Assembly (NCBI GenBank): GCA_040217195.1
Contig: JAVJNR010000004.1
Location: forward strand, 986,358 to 1,050,357
DNA: 64,000 nt
Reading direction: 5' to 3'
Origin: Leptospiraceae bacterium
GTDB lineage: Bacteria; Spirochaetota; Leptospiria; Leptospirales; Leptonemataceae
Position 1 is the stretch's first letter. The number at the start of each line of letters is the position of its first letter. Under the pieces are notes generated by a model that saw nothing but the letters and a program-made list of their open reading frames with translations, did no database searches and was not told the DNA's origin. The translations under genes were made by a program, and so were the position numbers. Below, piece by piece: positions 45,186 to 54,836 of this stretch.

Positions 45186-45213
45186 CGAGCGGGCGTTCGC
45201 TATTTTCTTGACA
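45186..45213. promoter_or_regulatory. Possible TetR operator and -35 hexamer
   Basis: Imperfect dyad CGAGCG-GG-CGTTCG then TTGACA, between the divergent SDR genes; no good -10 found. Confidence 0.35.
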
Positions 45214-45270
45214 TCAAAAGAGAGCCCGTTGGCCTAGCGGACAATCAAAGGAAAGGTATGTGGGGCCGGG

Positions 45271-46023
45271 ATGAATAACTCTCTAGAAAATGCCATCGCT
45301 GTAGTTACAGGGGCCGGGGCAGGTATCGGGCGTGAAACGGCTTTGAAGCTGGCCCAAATGGGAGCCCGGGTCATAGTTTCGGACATGGATGCCAGCAATG
45401 GCGAACAATCAGCAGAATTAATCCAGTCCGCCGGTGGCGATGCAAAGTTTGTGCGAGCTGATGTCAGTAAAGAAGACGAAATACAGAATCTGGCGAAGAA
45501 GGCTGCCGAACACGATGGCGGTATTGATGTATGGGTCAGCAATGCCGGTATTGGCGGAACTCCCAGGAAGCTGCACAAGGTAAGCACAGATGAGTGGAAC
45601 CATATGATGCTGGTAGATCTGACCAGTGTATTCTGGAGCCATAAATATGCTGTGGCTCATATGGGAAAGAAAGGCCGTACAGGATCTATCATTAACGTTG
45701 CCTCCATTGCCGGACTGGCAGGCTCCCCGGGCCTGGGACCCTACGCCGTGGCCAAAGCAGGCGTCATAGAGTTATCATTAACAGCGGCCCTGGAAATGGC
45801 TCAAAAGAATGTTCGAGTCAATGCTATCTGTCCAGGCTGGGTGGAAACCAGTATTCTGGATTTCGCAGGAAACAGCGCACAGGCTGAGATGCGAAAGCAG
45901 GTGCCTCTGGGTCGATTTGGCACCCCCGGGGAAGTGGCATCGCTCATCGGCTTTCTGGCCTCGCCGGAAGCATCCTTCATAACCGGTTCTGTGTTTCGAG
46001 TGGATGGAGGAATGCGTTCTTAA
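45271..46023 (+). CDS. Short-chain dehydrogenase/reductase
   Basis: TGAGAGIG, SNAG, YAVAK, NAICPG, VDGG. Confidence 0.93.
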   Translation: MNNSLENAIAVVTGAGAGIGRETALKLAQMGARVIVSDMDASNGEQSAELIQSAGGDAKFVRADVSKEDEIQNLAKKAAEHDGGIDVWVSNAGIGGTPRKLHKVSTDEWNHMMLVDLTSVFWSHKYAVAHMGKKGRTGSIINVASIAGLAGSPGLGPYAVAKAGVIELSLTAALEMAQKNVRVNAICPGWVETSILDFAGNSAQAEMRKQVPLGRFGTPGEVASLIGFLASPEASFITGSVFRVDGGMRS

Positions 46024-46085
46024 AGTGTAGTTAGGAATGAAAACAAATCAGAAACCATAGACAACAAACATCGCATATCAAATTC

Positions 46086-46203
46086 GACGAAGACGAAGAC
46101 GAAGACGAAGACGAAGACGAAGACGAAGACGAAGACGAAGACGAAGACGAAGACGAAGACGAAGACGAAGACGAAGACGAAGACGAAGACGAAGACGAAG
46201 ACG
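46086..46203. repeat. Perfect hexanucleotide microsatellite (GACGAA)19 + GACG
   Basis: 118-bp uninterrupted run read directly; intergenic, ending 31 bp before the ATG at 46235. Confidence 0.97.
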
Positions 46204-46234
46204 TTAAACCGGCAAATATCTACAGGAAGGCTCC

Positions 46235-47467
46235 ATGGATTTCACAATTTCGGATCAAATACAAACGACTCTAGACCTGATAGAAGATTTCATGCACAAA
46301 GAGGTGTTTCCCGCCGAACCGGAATTCTTTAGAACACCCTTCAGGGACTTACTTCCCATGCTCGAAGAGAAACGCGCCAAAGTAAAGCAGATGGGACTTT
46401 GGGGGCCCAACCTTCCGAAAGAACTGGGAGGAATGGGATTGGGTCTTCTGGAACATGGACTGATCTCTGAATCCCTGGGTCGCTCACCCCTGGGGCATTA
46501 TATCTTTGGAACCCAGGCACCGGATGCAGGCAATATTGAGATCCTGCATATTTTCGGAACAACCGAGCAAAAAGAGGTTTACCTGAAGCCACTGGCAAAT
46601 GGGGAGATTCGCAGCTGCTTCGCCATGACCGAAGTGAACACTGCAGGGTCCAATCCTCTACTCATGGAGGCCACTGCAGAAAAGGACGGCGATGACTACG
46701 TAATAAACGGACATAAATGGTACACCACAGGCGCGGAAGGCTCCGCATTTTCAATCGTAATGGCTGTTACCAATCCAGAGGCCAGTCCTGCTATGCGATC
46801 CAGCATGATCATTGTCCCAACAGACAATCCGGGCTTTAACCTGGTAGATAACATCTCAGTCATGGGCGAAAAGGGCAGCGATTACAATAGCCATGGTGAG
46901 GTTTTGTTTCAATCCTGTCGGGTCCCGCAGTCCAATCTGCTGGGGAAAGAGGGTCAGGGATTCTTGATTGCCCAGGAAAGACTGGGCCCGGGACGAATTC
47001 ACCACTGTATGCGATGGCTGGGCATTTGCCAGAGAACCCTGGATCTACTATGCGAAAGAGCAAACAATCGAGTGATCGACACAGATGGTCGCACCCTGGC
47101 GGACAAGGAGATCATCCAGCACTGGGTGGCCGAGTCCACTGCAGAGATAGAAGCGGCCCGGCTAATGACTTTGTCCGCAGCCTGGTCCATCGACAACCTG
47201 GGAATGAAGAAATCCCGGGAAAAGATTTCCATGATCAAGTTTGTGGTGGCCAATACAATGCTTCGAGTGATTGACCGGGCTCTGCAGGTCCACGGAGGCC
47301 TGGGAATGAGCGATGATACGATTCTCGCCTATTTCTATCGACATGAAAGAGCAGCCAGAATCTACGACGGAGCAGATGAAGTGCATAAAGCATCCCTGGG
47401 AAAGAGAGTATTAAGAAATCATCAGAAGAGTAAGGCAAAAAAAGGGCATCTGCAGCCATTACGATGA
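46235..47467 (+). CDS. Acyl-CoA dehydrogenase
   Basis: APDAGNIE, FAMTE, INGHKWYTT, AQERLGPGRIHHCMR, RIYDGADEVH. Confidence 0.95.
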   Translation: MDFTISDQIQTTLDLIEDFMHKEVFPAEPEFFRTPFRDLLPMLEEKRAKVKQMGLWGPNLPKELGGMGLGLLEHGLISESLGRSPLGHYIFGTQAPDAGNIEILHIFGTTEQKEVYLKPLANGEIRSCFAMTEVNTAGSNPLLMEATAEKDGDDYVINGHKWYTTGAEGSAFSIVMAVTNPEASPAMRSSMIIVPTDNPGFNLVDNISVMGEKGSDYNSHGEVLFQSCRVPQSNLLGKEGQGFLIAQERLGPGRIHHCMRWLGICQRTLDLLCERANNRVIDTDGRTLADKEIIQHWVAESTAEIEAARLMTLSAAWSIDNLGMKKSREKISMIKFVVANTMLRVIDRALQVHGGLGMSDDTILAYFYRHERAARIYDGADEVHKASLGKRVLRNHQKSKAKKGHLQPLR

Positions 47468-48165
47468 GTGATCTGGTATTGACTTACAAGGAGTTTTCCT
47501 CTCGGGAGGCGGCCTCTCTGGAATCAATTTGCCAGAGTCTCGTAGAACACAATCGGGAAAAGATTCAAATTAAGAAGCAAGACCGAGCTGTGCAAAACAT
47601 GGTTCGGATTGTTCAATCAGTCATCGCACTGAGCCAGAAAAAGGGATTTCGAGGGATGAGCCTCCGGGATCTGAGCCAGGACACAGGTCTGAGCATGGGG
47701 GCCCTGTATAACTATTTCAGTAGCAAAGAAGAGCTGTTTGAAATGATATACAATGAAGGCAAGCTAACAATCCTACAGATTCTGGAAACCCATGCCAGGG
47801 ATGAAGATCCAACCATCAGACTCAAGCAAGCTATTTGTGCTCATCTATATTCAAGTGAATCTCTGCCAAAGATGTTCTCTTTCTTTTTTATGGAAGCGAA
47901 GAACCTTTCTCCCAGGAATCAAAAGAATGTAATTACCATGGAGCAATCCTCGGAGAGCTTCTTCGAAAAGATCCTCCTGGGTGGTATAAAGCAAGGTGCG
48001 TTTGCACTGGAAAGTCATCAGATGATGGCAGGAGCGTTGAAGGCTCTTTTACAGGATTGGTACCTTAAGCGGTATAAATTTTCCAGTCGAAAGGTATCCG
48101 TGGAACAATATGCACGATTCATCATCAACCTGGTCTCTACCAGTTTGCAGGTTCGCTCCAAATAA
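47464..48165 (+). CDS. TetR/AcrR family regulator
   Basis: KGFRGMSLRDLSQDTGLSMGALYNYFSSKEELF; ATGA overlap with the upstream gene. Confidence 0.93.
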   Translation: MSDLVLTYKEFSSREAASLESICQSLVEHNREKIQIKKQDRAVQNMVRIVQSVIALSQKKGFRGMSLRDLSQDTGLSMGALYNYFSSKEELFEMIYNEGKLTILQILETHARDEDPTIRLKQAICAHLYSSESLPKMFSFFFMEAKNLSPRNQKNVITMEQSSESFFEKILLGGIKQGAFALESHQMMAGALKALLQDWYLKRYKFSSRKVSVEQYARFIINLVSTSLQVRSK

Positions 48166-48372
48166 ATACCGCAAATGCGATCGCAAATATGCAGGGCAGT
48201 ATTGAGGCGTTGTTGCCTTAGAGATATTCCAAATACCCATCATTGCTTTACTGTTGACTTAGACTATCTAGCCTGTTTTGTGGTTTATTCTAAACATGTT
48301 GATACTTCATCAATACTTATCGTTTAGAAACATCTGCGTAATATCAAACTTCCAGAGACGGGCACCAACAAA

Positions 48373-49359
48373 ATGAAAAATATGAAAGCTGTAATCTACG
48401 AAGAGTACGGATCGCCGGATGTGCTCAGTATTCAGACAATACCAAAGCCTGCTATCAAAGAGAAGGAAGTGCTGGTTCGGGTTTTTGCAACAACGGTAAC
48501 TGCGGAAGATCCCAAGCAGAGATCTCTAAATTTTCCATTCCTCATTCGATTGCCCTATCGCTTGATGTTTGGATTCTTTCGCCCCAAAAACAAGATTCTG
48601 GGAATGGAATTCGCAGGAAGAATAGAAGAAATAGGTTCCGAAGTCAGCCGGTGGAAAGTAGGAGATCGAATTTACGGCTACACTGGGCTGTCTTTCGGTG
48701 CCTACGCCGAATACAAAGCCATTCCCGAAGAGGGTCTGTATGCACCCATCCCTGATTCTGTATCATACGAAAAGATCGTCGGAATTACAAACGGTGCTCT
48801 TTCTGCGAATGTTTTCTTAGAAAAGAAAGGGAAATTGAGGCAAAGCGATAACATTCTGATCTTTGGGGCATCCGGTTCCGTAGGAACTGCCGCCGTACAA
48901 TTAGCCAAAGCCGCGGGAGCCACCGTTACCGCAGTCTCCAGCACAAGAAATGTAGAACTGGTTCGTTCTCTGGGAGCGGACAGGGTCATTGATTATACAA
49001 AAGAGGATTTTCAAAAGTCCGGCGAAAAGTATGACATCATCTTCGATACCATTGGCGCGACAAATCATTCTAAATGCATTGATATGCTTAATCCAGGCGG
49101 GCGGCTACTCTTAACAGAATTCGGATTTTCTACGATGCTAAGGGTGCTCTGGCATTCTATCTTCGGATCAAAACGAATCGTCATTGGTGCTTCTAACTTT
49201 CATTGGAAACCGGAAGATCTGGAACGATTCAACGCAATGATTTCGGCAGGCAGGCTTTCCGCGGTGGTAGACCGCGCCTATCCTATAGAAGAGATCGCGG
49301 AAGCTCATCGCTACGTAGAAAGCGGGCGCAAAAGAGGAAATGTAGTGATTACGGTTTAA
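48373..49359 (+). CDS. NAD(P)-dependent MDR family oxidoreductase
   Basis: YGSPDVL, ILGMEFAG, GASGSVGTAAVQLAK, LGADRVIDY, GRKRGNVVI. Confidence 0.92.
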   Translation: MKNMKAVIYEEYGSPDVLSIQTIPKPAIKEKEVLVRVFATTVTAEDPKQRSLNFPFLIRLPYRLMFGFFRPKNKILGMEFAGRIEEIGSEVSRWKVGDRIYGYTGLSFGAYAEYKAIPEEGLYAPIPDSVSYEKIVGITNGALSANVFLEKKGKLRQSDNILIFGASGSVGTAAVQLAKAAGATVTAVSSTRNVELVRSLGADRVIDYTKEDFQKSGEKYDIIFDTIGATNHSKCIDMLNPGGRLLLTEFGFSTMLRVLWHSIFGSKRIVIGASNFHWKPEDLERFNAMISAGRLSAVVDRAYPIEEIAEAHRYVESGRKRGNVVITV

Positions 49360-49899
49360 ACACTACCAATATATCCGTACGCCCGATCCCAGGTTGAATC
49401 TTCGCTCTTCGATTCTAGCAATATCAGGAAGCAGCAGTGGCGGCCTCACGGATAACAAAGGAATCAGAACACCGATATCAGACATCCGGGCATTACCCAC
49501 GGCACTGAAACGATAGACAGTAGCATTTGCAAAGACTGACATTCGGCGCCTGAAACGGGCTATCTTGAGTGTGGAATTCGTTATGCCCTGTAGGAGGCGA
49601 AAAGGACAGATCCGTCCCTGACCAATCGGCTTTCGCAAGTTACCAGCCAGAACAGAGCTGCATGGCAAGTAGAGATGGAATGAAGAACTCTAACGCGAAA
49701 CCAGGAATCAATACTATACAACAATCGGAACAGCTGGCTAAGAAACGATATATAAAGCCAGGATAAGTGACTAATCTAGCGATAATAAGGGTTTCGTAGC
49801 ACTATCTAGACAACGTCGGACATGTGAAATCGCGGAGACTTTCGAATTTTTTAGTTGCCCCGAAAAAACTGAAGCCAGAAACTCTTCCGGGGGTTACTC

Positions 49900-52800
49900 A
49901 TGCAAAAGCACTCATCTATTTATAAAGGACTTATTCTCTTATTGCTTGCAGGATTTACTATCGCCCATAATTTGAGTTGCATAGCCCTTCTAGAAGATCC
50001 CGATGCCGTTCGGGAAACACCCATAACACCGGAATTACTTATCTTTATTGCTGCAGGAGCAGGAGGCTTCGAGTATGGAACACCCCAGGGAGGCGGGGAA
50101 GCCGGCCCTGAAGGAACAGTGCTCCGCTCAAACGACGGCCTATTCTCCGTGACCATCCCCCCAGGTGCAATGCAAGACGGTGACACCACCAATTTTTCGA
50201 TTACTCGCTACAACCTGAGCTCCGAGTCATTACCAACCGGATTCTTACCGGTAAGCCACATTTATCAAGTTACACCTTCTTATGCTTTTCAGAAGAAAGT
50301 TAGGGTAACAATGGCCTTCGATGAGTCTGAAGTTTCTGCCAATAACCTGGAAACAATGGGCACAAGAGGATTCTCATACAGTACCTCCTCGGCTGAGGAA
50401 AATGCAGGAAGACTTTCCGGATGGGAGGCAATTGAATCGGAAGTAGGTTCCCAACAAGTACGCTTTGAAACCCGGACATTCTCATTATTTGGTGCCGGCT
50501 CGCCAGTGCCGGGCAATCAAGCTCCGGTGATAACAGGAGCCTTCTATTATTTCAAACCAGGGTGCGCTTATCTTCCGTACCGAGTCAGGGCTCGAGTTAT
50601 AGAGCCCGATGGTGATAATGTCAACGTCTATCTGAACAATGGACCTGCTTCAAGCAGTACGAATATTATTTCTATGTCCAGGGAGGGTGCAACGGACTGG
50701 TTTAGCGCTGACCTTTTCTACGAATCTATGGATTCCAATGGAATTCAGATTCAGGTAATGGCTGTGGACGATGAGGGTGCGGCTACCTTTCGCCCGGACC
50801 ACGGAACATTCTTATATCCGGACGATGCAGCCAATCCAATCTATGACTCTGAATTCGATGCGGACAGTGACGATGACGGCCTACTTTGCGCCTGGGAAGT
50901 GGATCAAGGATTGAACGACCAGAATCCAGCTGATGCCGTAGGGAATACTGACACTGATGGCGATAGCATTCCAGATGTATCCGATCACACTCCCAACGGA
51001 GAGACAAACCCGGCTATTGATACACTGGAAGTCTATCCAGAAGAAGCGTTGCTGGCAATAGGAGAGATCATTGCTGTGGGCATACGTGCCTCATTTTCTG
51101 GAGAGCCTCGTTTTGTGCACCCTACAATTTCCTTAACCGGAAATGCCCTCAATGGCAGCCCCGTTGGAGCCATGACCGGAAATCAGTTCGAAGCGGATTA
51201 TCCCGGTGTGGCCGGCGTGGAAGCCAGAATAAACAGCTTCACTGCGACTGCATCTATCAGGGTGCTGGATACCCTGAGTCCTGAGAATATTACTGACCTT
51301 GCTGCTAACAGCTATTCGCATACTGCTATTCACCTGGAGTGGACTGCACCGGGAAACGATGAAAGTCATGGGGCTGCTTCCGGCTATCAGGTGCGAATGT
51401 CCAATGCTCCGATCACAAGTACCGCTGAATGCACCTCTGCGATGGCTGTGAGTCATTCTCTTATACCATCAACCGCTGGCATTCAAGAAAGACTGGAAGT
51501 CAACGGCCTGAGTCCCAACCAGGATTACTTTTTCTGCGTGCTGGCTTATGACCTGGCAGGCAATTTCAACGAATGGGTCCAGGGTAGTCTCTCGGCCAGA
51601 ACGCAGCCAGTACCTGATCTTACTGCACCCTCTGCCATATCGGACCTTGTAGCCACAGCCAGCAGTCCCAGTACTGTAGATCTCACCTGGACGACGGTCG
51701 GCGATGACGGAAACACCGGTGCAGCCAGCGCCTATGAGATACGCAAATCTTTATCTCCCATTTCGAACGACGTTGAGTGTAGCAATGCCAATCTGGTTCC
51801 TAACAGCCTGGCTTCCGAGCCCACCGGAACCCCTGTCGTATGGACGGTATCCAATCTGACAGATGGCAGCGCTTATTATTTCTGCGTCCGCGCATTCGAT
51901 GAAGTAAACAATCGCAGCTCCTGGACCGGAATTGTATCCGCGAAAACGCCATACGGAAACAATCCACCCATCGCCGATGCGGGACAGGATGGAACAGCCC
52001 AAACCGGTCAAACCGTTCACCTGGATGCTTCGCAATCCAGCGATCCAGATGCTGCGCATTGCGGGGCATCTTCAGGGCTATATTCATATAACTGGACTTT
52101 CCTGTCATTACCACCCACCTCAGGATTGAGCAATGCTGATTTGATCAACAGCAACACTCTTAATTCTCAGTTTGTTCCAGACGTCAGCGGCACCTACGCT
52201 CTCCAGTTTTCCTTTACGGATGATGCAGGGAGCTGCGCCGGGGACAATAGAACCGATGTGGATACTGTTTCCATTGAAATCTCGGACCTGACTCCTCCTG
52301 GCAACCTGCAGGCGACTTTGCTGCAGGATGGTATTGAACTCACCTGGGATCCTGCAGGCGTCTCCGACGGATACAGAATCTATTACAGTACGACTTCACC
52401 TGTGAACACATCTGACACAATGGTCGATACTTCAGATCTCAGCATCTTGCTCACTGATGGATTTACGGATGATTCCACATACTACTTTGCCGTTGCAGCT
52501 ACAGAGTCGGGGGATGAGAGCGACCTGAGTACCGAGGCCAATGTTTACTTACCCCAAACAATATGTACCAACAATATTATTGAGTTTCCGGAGCAATGCG
52601 ATGATGGAAATGCCGGGGACTGGGATGGCTGCAGTGACTGCCGCTTCCAGATCGGATTTAACTGTGATAACTCCAGTGGTTCCACCATCTGTGATGCAGG
52701 ACCTTATGACCTGGGTAGCTTTGGTGTGGGCGATTCCATGAGCCCGGAAAACGGCCCGGCTCTAAACCTGGGGGAGCAAAAGCATTACATAATGACTTTC

Positions 52801-53022
52801 ACAGAGAGTATCACCCTGGGCATGGACCTCACTGCCAGTAGCGGAAACCCTGATTTATTGATTGGAGAATGCAATGAGTCCTATACAAATGCATATGAAG
52901 CCCTGGGAAATGAGTCTTTCGTGAATCTTCCATTTGCGCCAGGATGCTACGTGATAACTGTTGAGGCCCAGACTTCTCTTCCCGCAGGATTCACAATTGA
53001 AGCCACGGTTAACCCTCCATAA
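49900..53022 (+). CDS. Large surface lipoprotein, paralog of 39273-42857, with FN3, Cys-rich (DUF4215-like) and beta-sandwich C-terminus
   Basis: NLSC lipobox; shared blocks YYFKPGC..LPY.VRAR.IEPDGD, DTDGD..PD, two FN3, PKD; then EQCDDGN...DGCSDC. Confidence 0.8.
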   Translation: MQKHSSIYKGLILLLLAGFTIAHNLSCIALLEDPDAVRETPITPELLIFIAAGAGGFEYGTPQGGGEAGPEGTVLRSNDGLFSVTIPPGAMQDGDTTNFSITRYNLSSESLPTGFLPVSHIYQVTPSYAFQKKVRVTMAFDESEVSANNLETMGTRGFSYSTSSAEENAGRLSGWEAIESEVGSQQVRFETRTFSLFGAGSPVPGNQAPVITGAFYYFKPGCAYLPYRVRARVIEPDGDNVNVYLNNGPASSSTNIISMSREGATDWFSADLFYESMDSNGIQIQVMAVDDEGAATFRPDHGTFLYPDDAANPIYDSEFDADSDDDGLLCAWEVDQGLNDQNPADAVGNTDTDGDSIPDVSDHTPNGETNPAIDTLEVYPEEALLAIGEIIAVGIRASFSGEPRFVHPTISLTGNALNGSPVGAMTGNQFEADYPGVAGVEARINSFTATASIRVLDTLSPENITDLAANSYSHTAIHLEWTAPGNDESHGAASGYQVRMSNAPITSTAECTSAMAVSHSLIPSTAGIQERLEVNGLSPNQDYFFCVLAYDLAGNFNEWVQGSLSARTQPVPDLTAPSAISDLVATASSPSTVDLTWTTVGDDGNTGAASAYEIRKSLSPISNDVECSNANLVPNSLASEPTGTPVVWTVSNLTDGSAYYFCVRAFDEVNNRSSWTGIVSAKTPYGNNPPIADAGQDGTAQTGQTVHLDASQSSDPDAAHCGASSGLYSYNWTFLSLPPTSGLSNADLINSNTLNSQFVPDVSGTYALQFSFTDDAGSCAGDNRTDVDTVSIEISDLTPPGNLQATLLQDGIELTWDPAGVSDGYRIYYSTTSPVNTSDTMVDTSDLSILLTDGFTDDSTYYFAVAATESGDESDLSTEANVYLPQTICTNNIIEFPEQCDDGNAGDWDGCSDCRFQIGFNCDNSSGSTICDAGPYDLGSFGVGDSMSPENGPALNLGEQKHYIMTFTESITLGMDLTASSGNPDLLIGECNESYTNAYEALGNESFVNLPFAPGCYVITVEAQTSLPAGFTIEATVNPP

Positions 53023-53279
53023 ATCGCAATTAAGAGATATGTCCTGGTCAAGTGTTTGTCTGGATGGCCGACAGGTGGTTCGAAGGTGGATCCAGGGATC
53101 CGCTAGTTGATCTCGAAGGGAATTACAATCCTTCTGAGAGCCTACCGGCCAGGATAATATTTCAATCTGAATAATAAAGCAGCAATTCGTTGAGTCGCCC
53201 ATCTGTGTCCTGCAGAGTTTCTATAGCGAGTACGATGGAATTTCCTGGCAACCAATCATAGGCACCGGCACGCCGAGCA

Positions 53280-54632
53280 CTATTTCAGAGGATTTGCAAT
53301 CGTGTACAATCCGAGGTGGCCTTCGGAGTAGATTGATAGATAGATTCGTTCCCCGCCTGGAGTAGCTACAATTAGAGAAGCAAACTGGGATCCATCGTGT
53401 ATGGAATAGAATAAAGGTTTCGATCCATCTGGAGAAAGAGCCAGCAGGGCCGTCTTGCGGGAAACCGGTTGAATTCTTTGAGGTATGGTAAGGACAATCT
53501 TTTTCCAGGAAGGATTGGAATGTAGCCAGTTCACCAGGCCCGAACGCATCAATGGAAAAGAAACCCAGATACGGCCGTTTGCATCCCGGTCGATGCCATC
53601 CGGAAATCCAGGTAAGCCTTCGATTACAATCTCATCCTCTCCTTCTCTTTCGCCGGACAGAAAGAGCCGCACCAGGCGAAAGGTAGAGATTTCGCTTGCA
53701 ATGATCGATGTTTCCACATCAGAATTCCCCGAATACTCCATTAAGATTCCATCGATATAACTGTAATTCTGAGCCACCAGACTGACTGTTCGGTTTTCCC
53801 TGTCCACCATCCATACATTTCCATTCTTTCCCAGGGTGATGGCTTCATTTCTGGATTGCTCGGTGACGCCCAGGATGGCCCCCGGATGATCGTATGGTTC
53901 CGTGAAGTAGATCCTTTTTCCATCTTTGCTGATTGCCAGATCATCGGCTTTAACTACCGGCTGGCTGTTTTCTCCTGTAAGAGCGTTTAGAAACAAAGTG
54001 GGGCGATCCTTCTTCTGATATAAAATTCCCAGGTCAGACCGAATTTCCTTTCGCGCACCTGAATCCGGCTTCTTACTATCAGAGTTTCCTTCGGGCCTCT
54101 CATCGGGATCATTGGCACTATTACGAAAGATCACATCCGGGCTTTTATGTAGTTTCGGTACTCTAGTCGCCACTGGACTCAAACGGCCGGTGGAAATCTG
54201 TAACTCATAAATCCCGGGACCATCGTGGCCTTCTTGCTCTGGATAGGCCCTGGAAAGACACAGAAAAATCCGATCCAGATTCCGGGGATGCTGAACCATA
54301 CCCGCCGGTAACAAAGACAGTTGGATAATGGGTTTCGAGTTTCCGGTTTTTAGATCCACCTGCCAGATTTGTCCATCCATGGAGGCGGTGAAGGCTCGAT
54401 TCTGCTGCTCTTGAACCAGTACTTCATCCTGAGCCGGAACATTGGCTGCAAGTAACCTTAGATCCAGATCCGCCATGTCCTGCGACGCGGCCATCTGCGA
54501 AATCTCCAGATTCCCAGGGAACTCAATGGGACCCTGGATCTGCTGTAGAAATCGCTGCTCCGGAAGCCTGGCCCAGATAAAAAGCGAAATCAGAAGTACG
54601 ATGGAAGTTAGTGCAATTATTAGTTTTTTCAT
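53280..54632 (-). CDS. Strictosidine synthase-like / SMP-30 six-bladed propeller protein
   Basis: N-terminal TM; DDLAISKDGKRIYFTEP, YIDGI, GLPGFPDGIDRDANGRIW. Confidence 0.85.
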   Translation of the reverse strand: MKKLIIALTSIVLLISLFIWARLPEQRFLQQIQGPIEFPGNLEISQMAASQDMADLDLRLLAANVPAQDEVLVQEQQNRAFTASMDGQIWQVDLKTGNSKPIIQLSLLPAGMVQHPRNLDRIFLCLSRAYPEQEGHDGPGIYELQISTGRLSPVATRVPKLHKSPDVIFRNSANDPDERPEGNSDSKKPDSGARKEIRSDLGILYQKKDRPTLFLNALTGENSQPVVKADDLAISKDGKRIYFTEPYDHPGAILGVTEQSRNEAITLGKNGNVWMVDRENRTVSLVAQNYSYIDGILMEYSGNSDVETSIIASEISTFRLVRLFLSGEREGEDEIVIEGLPGFPDGIDRDANGRIWVSFPLMRSGLVNWLHSNPSWKKIVLTIPQRIQPVSRKTALLALSPDGSKPLFYSIHDGSQFASLIVATPGGERIYLSIYSEGHLGLYTIANPLK

Positions 54633-54836
54633 AGTAAGAATCCAAAAGAATTTCTTAGATGCGAATTAGAAGATCCGGAAGTCCTGCCTCATCGTGCGAT
54701 CAGTGGACAAAGTCAGAATGTGGTTCAAAAACGAATTCTTGATGCAATTCATGATGTAAATTCATCTGGAATCAAACGCTACTTTTGAACGTTCATCGAA
54801 GACTGCATGGAAGATACGATCATAAGGCAATCCCCT

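Noticed and set aside
46086..46203. CRISPR array
   Set aside because: Pure 6-bp tandem repeat with no spacers; no cas genes in the window.
46037..46207. Poly-Arg, (Asp-Glu)n or (Thr-Lys)n peptide encoded by the microsatellite
   Set aside because: The ATG at 46037 is in the poly-Arg frame but hits TAG after 7 codons. The other two plus-strand frames have no start codon after the preceding stop.
49360..49899. Riboswitch or ncRNA in the 540-bp leader of the second surface protein
   Set aside because: No c-di-GMP, cobalamin, TPP or SAM consensus or convincing stems seen by eye; an Rfam scan would be needed.
39273..53022. Diversity-generating retroelement or shufflon behind the tip variation
   Set aside because: No reverse transcriptase, recombinase or near-identical TR/VR repeat seen; the paralogs are diverged at DNA level.
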